From assembly GCA_965113315.1 (NCBI GenBank), contig OZ220364.1: DNA of 64,000 bases; one strand, 5' to 3'. Each line of letters begins with the position of its first letter. The stretch's first letter is position 1. Source of the stretch: Podarcis vaucheri (taxonomy: Eukaryota). This document shows positions 14,440-26,227 of this stretch, piece after piece. The translations under genes and the position numbers were made by a program. The notes under the pieces were generated by a model. It saw nothing but the letters and a program-made list of their open reading frames with translations. It had not been told where the DNA came from and did not search any database.

Positions 14440-14865
14440 TTGTTGTTGTTGTTTAGTCGTGTCCGACTCTTCGTGACCCCATGACCAGAGCACGCCAGGC
14501 ACTTCTGTCTTCCACTGCCTCCCGCAGTTTGGTCAAACTCATGCTGGTAGCTTCGAGAACACTGTCCAACCATCTCGTCCTCTGTCGTCCCCTTCTTGTG
14601 TCCTCCATCTTTCCCAACATCAGGGTCTTTTCCAGGGATTCTTCTCTTCTCTTGAGGTGGCCAAAGTATTGGAGCCTCCGCTTCACGATCTGTCCTTCCA
14701 GTGAGCACTCAGGGCTGATTTCCTTCAGAATGGATAGGTTTGATCTTCTTGCAGTCCATGGGACTCTCAAGAGTCTCCTCCAGCACCATAATTCAAAAGC
14801 ATCAATTCTTCGGCGATCAGCCTTCTTTATGGTCCAGCTCTCACTTCCATACATCACTACTGGGA
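14440..14865 (-). mobile_element. 5'-truncated BovB (RTE-clade) LINE, 3' end
   Basis: ORF 14453-14857 reads YGSESWTIKKADRRRIDAFELWCWRRLLRVPWTARRSNLSILKEISPECSLEGQI...LQYFGHL...LEKTLMLGK, the BovB ORF C-terminus, followed by a (CAA)n tail. Confidence 0.92.
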
Positions 14866-14912
14866 TGTATTCTTACATCACATTAAACCAAATTTTTGAA
14901 ACAAACTATGGT

Positions 14913-14913
<1 letters not shown>

Positions 14914-14954
<41 letters not shown>

Positions 14955-15068
14955 TTAGTTATACCCCACCCTCCCCAGCCAAGACCGGGCTCAGGGCAGC
15001 TGACACCAAATACAAAAACAACTGATTGAAATACAGCTTTAAAAAACAAGATTAAAATACAACATTAA
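14914..15068 (-). mobile_element. L2 3'UTR fragment with (TTA)n tail
   Basis: (TAA)n at 14914-14951 next to sequence resembling the reverse complement of the L2 3' end at 63350-63466. Confidence 0.55.
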
Positions 15069-16924
15069 TGTGAATGTGCAGCAAGTTCTTGCTCCCCACC
15101 CATAAGCGCTGCTCCTGATGTTGTTGCACCACTGGGAAACTAGGTAGAGTCTGGCTTATTGTGGTATCTGGCTTGTGGTTCATCGTTCTTCAAACCAGCC
15201 ACAAGCAGTAACCGTGCTTTATTCTTGACTTACTGCTTGTCGCATGTTTAGAGGAAACAAACCCACAAGCCCAGATTCGAACATCACAACAAAGTAGACG
15301 CCAGCTTGTTTTGTTGACAGTGTAGGAGCAAAAGGAGTGGGAGGAGCCTTTTGAGCAGCATGCGTGAGCACACTGCTTGTTCACATTCAACCATATATAT
15401 TTTTTTAAAAAAAACTATAGTTTAATACGGCATGCGGACTAGGCCATTCTCTGTACCCATTCAAGCCTGGAAGGACTCATCCTATTCCTAAGTAGCAACC
15501 CCCCTTCCCATGCATCAACACCTTGCCGTCTCACAAACTTTTGCTTTTTAAGTTTGTGTTTCCGTCTTTTCGAAAGCTGTACTGTTTTCCCTCCCTCCCC
15601 GCCTCCAGCACACATTCAGGTCATTGTGTAAAATGAATTGCCCGCCCACCCCTCCAAAATATGTCCTCATCTTTAAATAGAGGAGGTCTGTTGCATGAAT
15701 GCTGAAATTTCTTTGGGGGCATGTATTCACTGGTAGTTTGGATACGCCCACAGAATAAACTTAAGATCCCTGTAGCATGTAGCAGCAGCAGCAGCGTGGA
15801 TAAACTGCGGCCATTCATCCACCTTGCTAAGAAATAATTTTTGCAAACACACACGTATGGAAAGCATTTGCTGCTCTCATCCTAGCAGCTCCAGGCCTGC
15901 TTGGTTGGCCTTTCATTGGCTAGAATTTGTTTTGACTCTACGGTGCCTATTCTTTTCTCTCGCTTCGGGACTGAATGTGCTCGTGTATTTAATGTACCGA
16001 CACTGTGGGAAATATGGAGAGCTGCAATGAATAGGCTAGTTCACAGGGCTCCTTTGCCCCCTTTCCACCCGCAACATACTGAATGCTTGCTCTGTTCAGG
16101 GAGAAATGGAGGCTGACAGCAGGAAGGGCCAGAGCGCTGGGCTCATTCATAAGCGCTGTGTGTGTTGACAACGGATTAACCCATATGCAGTCGACTCCAC
16201 ACCACCCCTCCGCAACGGCCATTTTATTGGGCCTGTCTTGTTCATAGCATTAAGGCCTTAAGAGTAGGAATGAGGTATATCTTCGGCCTTGCTGTGCAGT
16301 ACAGGTCGTCTTGGGTATAAAAGCTGTCTACGGTGGGTAGCGAAGCTTTACCCTTTTATATTCAATTAGGGTTGATTTATACAGTATCACCATTTTTTAA
16401 GTTGCCCTGTGCAGACTTTTAGTTAGACTGAGGCTCTCGTGCGACTGCCAGTCGGAAATGGAAGTACTGTACTTTATGTAGACCATGTTATGGCACTAAC
16501 ACACACACACACGCAGGACTTTTTCTTTCTTTCCTTGCTTTCTCTTTGGTTTGCTTTGGGTTGCTTGCTTTCTCTTTAGTTAGGCCAAATATCGTAGGCC
16601 TATGGTTTGCATACTCCTGTATTAAAGGGAGTTGAAACGGCAATACCTGTAAGAAGCCAAGAATGCCTTCTCTCAGACCACCAGAGGGGGCAGTAGGGTT
16701 TACACCGTAATGTAAATTAAAGTACTGGAAAGCTGAATAAACTGTGTTGCAAAGGGAAGGTGGTGCCCACCTGCTATACCTCTGGTCTCTCAAAAGAGTC
16801 CTGGTACAGTATATTAAAGATGAATGCATTTTTTTTTAATGACTCAAAACTTTCATGGTCCAGAGGCCATCAGATTCATGAAGTGTTACCTCAGTTGGCA
16901 GGTATTTGAGGTCAGTCAAGCAAC

Positions 16925-17000
16925 TTACACATGACGTGAACTCTAGACCACAAAAGCTTATGCTATAATAAATTAGTTTACGCGGTCCTTAAATTGCAAC
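16925..17000 (+). mobile_element. Penelope-like element terminal fragment with decayed hammerhead motif
   Basis: atgacgtgaactctagaccacaaaagcttatgctataataaattag is homologous to the fragments at 41471 and 57845. Confidence 0.55.
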
Positions 17001-17001
17001 C

Positions 17002-17183
17002 AGCTGTTCAGCAGTGGAACAGGCTCCCATGATAGGTGGTGGACTCTCCTTCCTTGGAGGTTTCTAAGCAGAGGTTGGATGGCCACCTGTCATGGATGCT
17101 TTAGCTGAGATTCCTGCACTGCAGGAGGGTTGAACTAGATGACCCTTGGATCCCTTTCAACTCTACGATTCTATGATTCTGTG
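17002..17183 (+). mobile_element. CR1 LINE 3' end
   Basis: cagtggaacaggctccc...gtggactctccttccttggaggttt...aagcagaggttggatggcca...ctagatgaccctt..., ending in an (ATTCTRTG)n tail. Confidence 0.85.
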
Positions 17184-20100
17184 AATTAACTGTCCATTAA
17201 TCACCCTGTCAGGGTGGTTAAACTGGATCTCCCTGCTGCCACCACCATACCCTGGCAGGTTTTTGTGCTTCCTCATGGATGACAGGAATTCTGAATTAGT
17301 TTTTTAAGTCTGTTGATATTTCAGTCACAGAACCAGGGTGTGCATTAAAGCTGGCTGCGGGGCAAATTGTCTGATTGCTCTGTCAGCGGTCCAGCTCTAA
17401 AGCCTTAAATGAGTTGTATGGGGGAAAGTTCCTCATTAAAAATTGAAAACCAATCTAGCCCTGCACTCTGTGGCTCCCTGAACCTGAGGCACACCTGACT
17501 TCTCAACTGGTTCAAGCTGCATTCTGGCATTGCGGCCAAGGAAAACGCAGCAAACACCGCAAACTCAACAACACAAAATACTTCAGGGACTCCAGATGCA
17601 GGTTTCGCAAGTGCTTCTTCATGTTGTGCATAGGAGCTGTACTCCCCGCCCACCCCCCAATATGGAAAAAAGCTGTACTTCTTTCCTGTGGGTTCCTTCA
17701 GCCAGTCAGGAGCTTTATCTGTATCACATGTTTTTGAACACTGCCTCTTTTATATTGTTGTTGTTGTGAAATTTATTAGCCGGCCTTCACCTTGTGGTCC
17801 CAGGGTGGGTTTAAACCATTAGAAACAATTTAAAACAACCCACAACCACAAAACAAGGCGCTTTTAGCTAGGGTTGCCATATTTTAAAAAGTGAAAATCC
17901 AGACACAAAAGTTATTTTTTGGCCAAAGTTGTTGAGCTACAAACAAGTTGTTTTTTTTTTTACCAGCAGCTTTTCCCCCCTAGAGTAAAAGCACTGGTAG
18001 CGTTTCACAGTTCTGCCTCCTTTCCCTTCCACTCCTTACGGGTGAAACAGGAGGCTGGGTTCATGGCGAACCAAGGCTGCAAAACAAAGGCTAAAGACTG
18101 GCCTTGTTACTGATAACTGTACCCGCTGGCTGCTCAAAACAATTCCTGTTCTAGGAGTGCAAGCACATTCTTGCTTCACTCAGGACTGAGGCCTTCCACA
18201 CCCGCTAAACTCCCCTTAAAGGTCCCCTATGTATGTATACAAAACCATTCTTTTGCAACAGGTTTATTTTAACACTCTCGACCAGTGTTGTTGGACAGAG
18301 GCCAAGTAAGGGCAGGGAAGCCATAGGGAGAGCCAATGCCATATTCCCGTACGTGTTGCGCAGCGAGTGGCTTCAAGGAAGCGTCTTATCTCCTTTCATC
18401 CACAAGACAAGCAAGTGGCTTGGTTTCTGGAATAAAAATACCTCTCCAGCTTTGCTGCCTTTGCTGGAACTGTGGGTTGGGGGGAGTGTGCTTCCTCCTG
18501 GCATGCCCTGCTACACTCTACCCAGACTTGGATTTCCTCCCCACTCCTGCGTTGTTTAAGACATAAAGCGTGGGGCAGGAGAGAGAGAGGAAGAGGCGGT
18601 TGCGAGAAGTACTTCAAGGCTTGCCAGAAGTATGATGAAAAAGCAGTTTCCCTCTCACACACATCGGTTGTACAAAAAAATACCAACAGTGTGGTGGTCT
18701 GAGACCAGAGTTAGACTTGTTCATCATTTGTGAACAGTGACTGCTATGAAGCACCATATGTAGCTTCCAGCTTTTTATATCTGGGCACTAAGAGACTGAT
18801 AAGAGCAAGTGCCTCCCTTCCTGAGCGTTTCTGCTAATTTGCTTTGATTTAGGTACCAGGTACAACAGTCAGCTGGTCAACTGTGATCAAGTTGTGTTTT
18901 TAAAAGGTTTCCGAAACATTTCTTTGCCGTGATAGCACCAGCTTTGCAGTGTGCACAACCATGCTGCAAACCTTCCTTGAGAGTCTGTGTGGATCATATG
19001 TTAAGTGCAAATGACTTTTTTTTTTTGCAATATTATATCAGTTACATTTATGTGCTGGTTGTTTTATTGGGCTACTTTGCTAGCAAAGTGCAACCACATA
19101 CCTGGGAAGTCAGCCTCAAAAGCTTTGGGGTTTGTCTAAAAAACGCTCAACAACTTTTGGGGTGTCCTGGTTTTTACTTTTTGAAATATGGCAACCCTAA
19201 CATGTTGAGCCCACCAAAAGAATTCTAAAAGTTTGGAGAATCAGGACTTGGCAGAAGTTCTGCTGACACTTCCTCAGCAAGGCTTCTTCATTCTGGCTTT
19301 TATTATGCTTTCCAACATCTCCGCTGCATTATGTTTCTTGACATCTTTTTGCTTGTCTTATCAGCTTATTTCATGTTTTATCTCGTTTGGGCAGGACTTC
19401 CACTTTTTAAAGGAAGTTGTCTCGTGGTGTTTCCTTTTATAGTTTCTTTGACTCAACTCGTCTACCACAGTGGTGCATTCTTTGGATTGTTGTAACTTTC
19501 CAATTTTAAGATAAACGTTCTCTTTTCGAGTTCCTAATACGACAGTTTTAACTAACCTTTGAGCATCTTCAATATATCTGACCGTTTTTGAATCTCCCAT
19601 TGCAAGTAATCTTCTATTACAGAGTTCATTTTTCATTGTTAAATGTATTGAATTTTTGGAGCATCTTACCACTCATATAAATGTGTGGCTGTCCCCAAGC
19701 AGTTCAGTAACACAAGTCTCCCTTACCATTGTACACATTGTCAAGGAGGGGGTCAATTTCCCGAGTCTTCCCTCCAAGCCACTAACCAATACTTGCTCAC
19801 AGAATCACTACTTCATGACACAAATTAATAAGTATCTGTGAGGGAAGCAAAACCTTGCCACTGGCACTGCAGTTGTTGTTGCATGACCCCCTGCCACCTG
19901 CGTGTAGATATTAGGGGCTTGAAAGGGGGAGGCACACAAGGGTGCACCCCTGCTTCACCTTCTCATAAACTCCTCATTGTGCGCATGACACATAAAGGAG
20001 CAAATAACATGCCCCAGATCTGAGCGCCTTCGTGATTAAGTCAGGGGTTGCCTCCCCTCTAGTTAGCTGTGTGAGTTTGACCTGCTTCTCTGGGTCACAG

Positions 20101-20556
20101 TAATTTATCACATCGAGAAATTTTGTCTCCTCAACATGAACACTCAAGTCGATGTGAGAGTAAGCTAAAATCACTTATTAAAACATTTTCTCTTTAGAAT
20201 GCCGCCTTGATGTCTCTCTCCTTCGAAAATTTACCGTCAGAGTGCTAAGTGCAGGAGGGAATAGTGTTCACTCGGTTATTCATCTATTTCTTAGGCTTAG
20301 GGTTCTATACAAACTGGATCAGTGCAGGAAATTGACCAGACCCCTTTCAATCCAATCTACAGTCCTTTAAAAAGAAAAACTTTGTATAACACGCCAAGTA
20401 GCTCACTACATGCTAGGAAGTTCTTTTGTGTGCGGTATGCAGTATAGTAAGCGCACATCTTACATACATTTAACTTGTGCACCTTCAGCTTTGCATGCTT
20501 TGTGGAAAGTCCAGGGGGAAAATCTGGGCGCCATTGTACCCAGTGTGTTTAGATTA

Positions 20557-20798
20557 CAGTGGTACCTCGGGTTACATACGCTTCAGGTTACATACGTTTC
20601 AGGTGACAGACTCCGCTAACCCAGAAATAGTACCTCAGGTTAAGAACTTTGCTTTAGGATGAGAACAGAAATTGCACAGCAGCGGTGTGGCAGCAGTGGA
20701 AGGCCCCATTAGCTAAAGTGGTGCTTCAGGTTAAGAACAGTTTCAGGTTAAGAACAGGCGCCCAGAACAAATTAAGTTCTTAACCCGAGGTACCACTG
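20557..20798 (+). mobile_element. Tc1/mariner (Tigger/pogo-like) MITE, copy 2 (uninterrupted)
   Basis: TA|cagtggtacctcgggtta ... taacccgaggtaccactg|TA. Confidence 0.9.
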
Positions 20799-23700
20799 TA
20801 CATGGCTTTTCTTTAGTCCAATGTTAGAAGGTACAGCTAAAGCATCTTCGCCGGCTTTCTGTTTTGCAGGAGGCTGGACAGTTGGCTGGACAGAGAACTG
20901 CCGTCACAATGTTCCTCAAACTCATGTTGCACATTACAGGAGGTGATGAAAGATGCCACATCACATGCTTTATTATATTGTGTAGTGTAGTTGACCCAGG
21001 GAGACCTAGGTTCAAATCTTTGTTGAAGTTCACTGGGGTTGGCCTTAGGTAATTCTCATCTCGAGTCTAGCCTAATTTCCATTCAGGGCTATATTGTGAG
21101 GTTAGTGAGATAAAGCCCATGTAGCCTTTTCCTTCTATCTTACATTTTCCATGCAGATACAAGGGCAGGCATCATTTGCACTTTATATTATGGCTCTTTA
21201 CACGACTAGACAAAACAACAGAATTGAAAACAAGTCCTATGGCCCATCCCATTTCCATTTGTAGCCCATATTTATGTATGTTGGCCTGAAGTCCTTGAAA
21301 GAAAGATGGGCTGCAAAACGACACGGAGAGGGGGAATTTGTGGGTCTCTTCCCCGCCGCCCCAGTTCCAGATGTGGGCCTAGCCCCTACGCCTCTCAGTG
21401 CAGGGTGGTGCAAACAAGGGAGTTTCTCCCTTCACAATGTCTAAAAGAAAGCACAAGCTGCTGTTGCAACTTCCTTTTTAATGTGCAAATAAAAAGCCCT
21501 AAGGTCTCTGTGGTTTCCCCTCAGTGACATGGTGTTCCAGTCTTGAGTGTTGCAACAGCCCCTCAGGAGCTCTTTTGAAATGAGTGGAAAGGGCTGCTGG
21601 TGAATGGGAAGCAGCTTGTGAGGGCAAATAAGAGGCGAGGAGGAGGGTATACGGAAGTGATAGTGTCTCCGGCTCTTGCTCTTCTATCTCCAGTCCCAGA
21701 GAACAGGCCAAGGAAGGGGTTATGAATGATGCTTCTGCTTCCGGAGACAGGATACCATATTGTGAAAGGCAGATGACTTTGTAGGCCACAGCTCTGGTCG
21801 TTCTGAGAAGATAACTCACTTTTGAAACCAAAGGAGCTTCTGCTTAGAGATGCCACAGTATGGAGGGAGGATAAGAGAGCTTGTAATTTCTTGCTGCTTA
21901 ACATGCTGGGCTGGCCCTACTGTTAGACGGGGCGGAGATGACCGCCTCAGGCAGCAGCTGCTGGGTGGGGGTGACCATTCCTCTCTCTTGGAAGCAGAGC
22001 TCTGTATGCCATTCTGCCTGTGCAGGTCCCCCTAAACTATCATATTACCTCTGGTATGATGGTGGACACTAACACCTCTTCTTTGTCACAGCATTCGTTG
22101 TCACACTTAGACTGCAATCCTGCACACACCTGGGGGTAGGTCCCACTAAATTCATTGGAAGTGCGTTTTGAGGAGCCAAGCACAGTAGGAAGTGGTGATT
22201 AAATGCATTTCCCTCCTCCACTTTCATCACATGGAATATAAAATGTGGATGGTTGTCCACAGCTTGGCTGTTTGTTCCCTCACTTCAACACTCCAAGCAT
22301 GCAAGCTACTGGCTTAGGTTCTGCCCACAGTACAAAGAAATGGAGATAGGGTTGCAGTGGGGACATGTTCTGAGTGTCAAGGGAGTGACCGTGGGGTGTA
22401 AATAGCTGAGGACCACAAGTGCCCTGGGCATTCTGCCTCCCTCCTTGCATTTCTGTTGGACAAGGGTGTCGTTTTTAAGCTAGGTTGTGCTATGCTAGAA
22501 GGATCCCTTTCATTGGCATGTGGGCATCTGTTTGACTTGCAATATGATGGAGCCCAAACTGTGGAGGGCAGAACAGAGAGTCCTCATGCCCATGCTTGTG
22601 AGACCAGCACATTAACTTAAGGAAGAACCATTTGAGAGAGTATAGCGAAAGCAGGCAGGATGCAGCATGGGAGGGAAAGAAAGCCTTATGGTTTGGGGTT
22701 TTTTTGGGGGGGGGGGAGGGAGAAGTACAGGAGGCATGGGGGGGTGTAGAGATGAGGGGAAGTGTGTGCTGCCCAAATGCATGCTAGGGATGGAGAAAGT
22801 GCTACAAATAAAAAGGAGCATGCATAAAATACAACAGCCCATGCTTGCTTCTGGGGGGAAATGCATAGTAGACTGTGCAGTCCCCAGCGAATTTTGAAGG
22901 CTATCTTGACCAAATACTAAATCTAGTCTCATACTTGAAGGATCATGTATACCTATGGTTTTTGGATCTTTGACTACTTAATACAAATGGTATTGGCAGG
23001 AGCAGTTGAAGTGGGCAGAGTTCTTTGGGTCCAGGAATGTGTCTGGGGAGTAGCAGCATGTTTTTCTGTTGTTTGTAACCAAATGTAAAAGATTTCCTGA
23101 ATCACAGACACAATAGGATGGATTGCAGCAAAAAAGCCTGAGGACTATTATGTCAAACATTTCTTGGTGTGCATCTCCGACATGCCTCCTGTACATACAT
23201 GGAAGGTACTTTATTGATACATTTTTTATTGATAATATATAAACTGTTCAGAGGTTTTTCTACAGTCAAGCCACATAAATTTTATTAAATAAATTAAAAT
23301 AAACTGGCAATGTTTTTGAGAGAGACTTTTGTCAAAAGACTGACCGTTCTGGTTTGGGGAGGATGTACGAAGATGGAGCCAGGTACAGGCAGTGTGCAGG
23401 TCTTGTTGCTTGAATACTAAACCCCTCCCAAGTATGCTGTATGTTAGATGGATTGCTTTTGAAACAGCTTGACATTGAGGAATGTTTGTCTCACACACCT
23501 TTCTTTAGTTCGTTGACAGCATCATGGTATTTTAACTCCACAGCCTCAGGTGTAGCCTATATTCGATGAGTCCTAATTTCAGCCCTATGGGTGGTTCTTG
23601 CACAAACTAATGTAATTTTGTCACATTTATTCACAAATTCTTAAGTTAAATCCCCCCACATGATGGTGGAAAAAAGCAGGGGGTAGGGTGGGGAGCCCAT

Positions 23701-25768
23701 GAGGTTACTGGACTCCAGCTCCCATCATCCCTAGTCAGCATGGCAAGTGGTCAGGGAAGAAGGGAATTGTATTCCAGCAACATCTGGAGGGTCCCAAGTT
23801 CCCCACCTCTGGATTAACGATTCTCCCATCTGTAAGGATTCTACTTCTATTATATTCTGCCCATTTTGAGGGAGCTGGCACATGGGCTGATAACCCACCT
23901 GCCATGGTCACCAAGAGTTCCAAGGTGTGACTCCCACAAGCACTCAGTCCCTATGAAGCATTTCCCAATAATGTATAGTGGGGAGACACCTGTGATCTAC
24001 AGTGGGCAGAAAATACTGTGACACTGCAGGCCTTGGTGCGACACAAGAGATCAATCCTATCTCCTCTGGTCCTTCAGAGAACTCTGGAGGAAGGGTAGGT
24101 AAAGCCTCTTGCTTTGTGTGGTGTGTTTAGGCAGGAGTGTGGCCGGAGGTTTTTTCTTTCTCACGGCTACTTAAGCTTCTTGAATGTCCTGCATAAAATA
24201 AAAGACAGCAAGAACGTGGGTGCAATGGATGCAGTGGCCCTGCTACTGTTCCCTGAGCCCTTGCAAAAGCCTGATACTGTCAGTCTCTGGTGCCAGCTGT
24301 GCCATCAGGGCGAAGACTGAATAGGTGCACAGATGTTGCTAAAACACAGTTCTTGGTAACTTACCCATGCTGACCTCCAAGAACAATTCGGCCAATATCC
24401 CTCTCATTCTACTGCGTGTTAGCACCTCCGCGTGAACAGTTCGATATCGCCCTTCTGTTGTCTTATGAGACAGCCTGTGATATTTTCCCAGTCTGCTTGC
24501 ATTCTGCATGATGTAACTAGGCACTGAAAGATCCGCAGCCATACTGGGGAACCAAATGTTATGTTTTCCACCCAAAGCTTATTTGGTTTGGAAAGCTTTT
24601 GGAATTCCAAAGTGATGATTTAAGATTTGCAAGGGGGTGAAAGTTTTGGCCACACAGAAGTGGAATTTAGTTAGCGGCTTGCTCAACTCACTGATCAGTT
24701 CAAACCCATACTTGAGACGAAGAAAATAAATTTTCACCTCGTGAAACCCACGTGTATTTCCCCACAGTTCCTCTGCTATTTTTGGGTTGTATGAAGTTTC
24801 TATTTTACTTGCCCAGTCATATCAGAGGACTAAGATGACCACGGCATGCCAGCCAACAACATAAACCCATTTAAATGTTACATTGGTTGCCAAATAACTG
24901 AACACATATCTTTTCATACTACATACATTCCAATTAGCATGGCCTGGTCGGTTTAAGAGGTAGACATTTTAAGCAGGAACCTGCTGAGCATGTTCAATCC
25001 CTAATGAGAACTAGTTTTTTGCTCACAGGTATCCTTACTGGTGTGCATTGCATCAAAACAAACAAAAATGGCCATCTAAATTTTGAACAGTAAATAGTTC
25101 CACTCTGGAAACAGATCTGAATTACTGACTCTGGTGAAAGCTATGAATTCCATATTTATTAATGAACGTAGGAGTGATAAATTTTGTCATGAGTTATACG
25201 CGCTGAACCCAAAAGCAACTGTATTAACTTCATAAGATAAAACTGCAACAACTAAAGAATACAAAGCCCAACATGCAGTGCTCCACTCAGCCACTGCAGT
25301 CTTGTATCTTTCCCCCCCACCTTCCCTAAAGTCAACAGGTGCAGCAATTAGCTGAACCCCAAACCAGATTGCCCCTTTATGTCACAGCAACTTTTTTTAT
25401 TTCAGTGGCCAATGTGTGCCTGGCTCTGGAATAAGAAACAACAAGAGGAAAAGGAGGAAGTTGAAGATGTTGAGACTTGAAATCAGCTGTCTCTTTAACT
25501 GTTTTGAACAGAAGAATTTGTATTGAAGAACCAATTTCCTTGGACAAATAAAATGAATGGCCGCTGACCCAGTAAAACTGGTTTCTACCCCCCCCCCAAA
25601 CACATTTGGTCCCAAGCCCATACCAGCCCAGCCCAGCCCAGCCCTTGCGAACATCACTGTATGGAAGAACCACAGAGACTGCACCTGCTGTAGGCAAAGC
25701 ACAGCAAGAAGGCTGTGTTCCTGTGGCAGCAGTATGTCTGCATGATCTTCTTCATATTTTGTTCACTC

Positions 25769-25774
25769 TTTATT
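25769..25774 (-). terminator. Polyadenylation signal for QRICH2
   Basis: tttatt on + (AATAAA on -), about 60 nt downstream of the predicted QRICH2 stop codon. Confidence 0.65.
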
Positions 25775-25835
25775 GTCTTGCTTTCATCTGTAAGAACCAT
25801 GCTTTCATTGGGGCACAAAGCTGGTGGGTCTCTGC

Positions 25836-25963
25836 TTATGTTGACTGCTCATCTGAGTGTCTTGAGGGAATCGTCATTCGTAGCTCAATGGTTTCTCTGT
25901 CCTGCATCCCAGGCTCTTCCGTGATCCGCAAATGGGTTGTGGATTTGTCCCCTGCAGACTTAG
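25836..25963 (-). CDS. QRICH2: QRICH2 predicted terminal coding exon
   Basis: Acceptor gttgttctgtgttgcag|; phase 1 matches the previous exon; (A)KSAGDKSTTHLRITEEPGMQDRETIELRMTIPSRHSDEQST*; nearby AATAAA. No homology recognised. Confidence 0.65.
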
Positions 25964-26091
25964 CTGCAACACAGAACAACAGCCATAGACAGAATCATAG
26001 AATTGTAGAACTGGAATGGACTACGAGCCCAGATCTAATTATTATGAGTATAAGAAACTTATTAACCAATATTTTATCCACTGGACTACAG

Positions 26092-26227
26092 CAGGCATAG
26101 GCAAACTTGGCCCTCCATATGTTTTGGGACTACAACTCCCACTATCCCTAGCTAACAGGACCAGTGGTCAGGGATGATGGGAATGGTAGTCTCAAAACAT
26201 CTGGAGGGCTGAGTTTGCCTATGCCTG
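26092..26227. mobile_element. Palindromic hAT MITE
   Basis: TIR caggcataggcaaact / agtttgcctatgcctg; 8-bp TSD gactacag/gcctacag (7/8 match). Confidence 0.85.

Noticed and set aside
14481-15029. 182-aa + strand ORF with a poly-Ile run
   Set aside because: Antisense of BovB plus a translated (TAA)n microsatellite.
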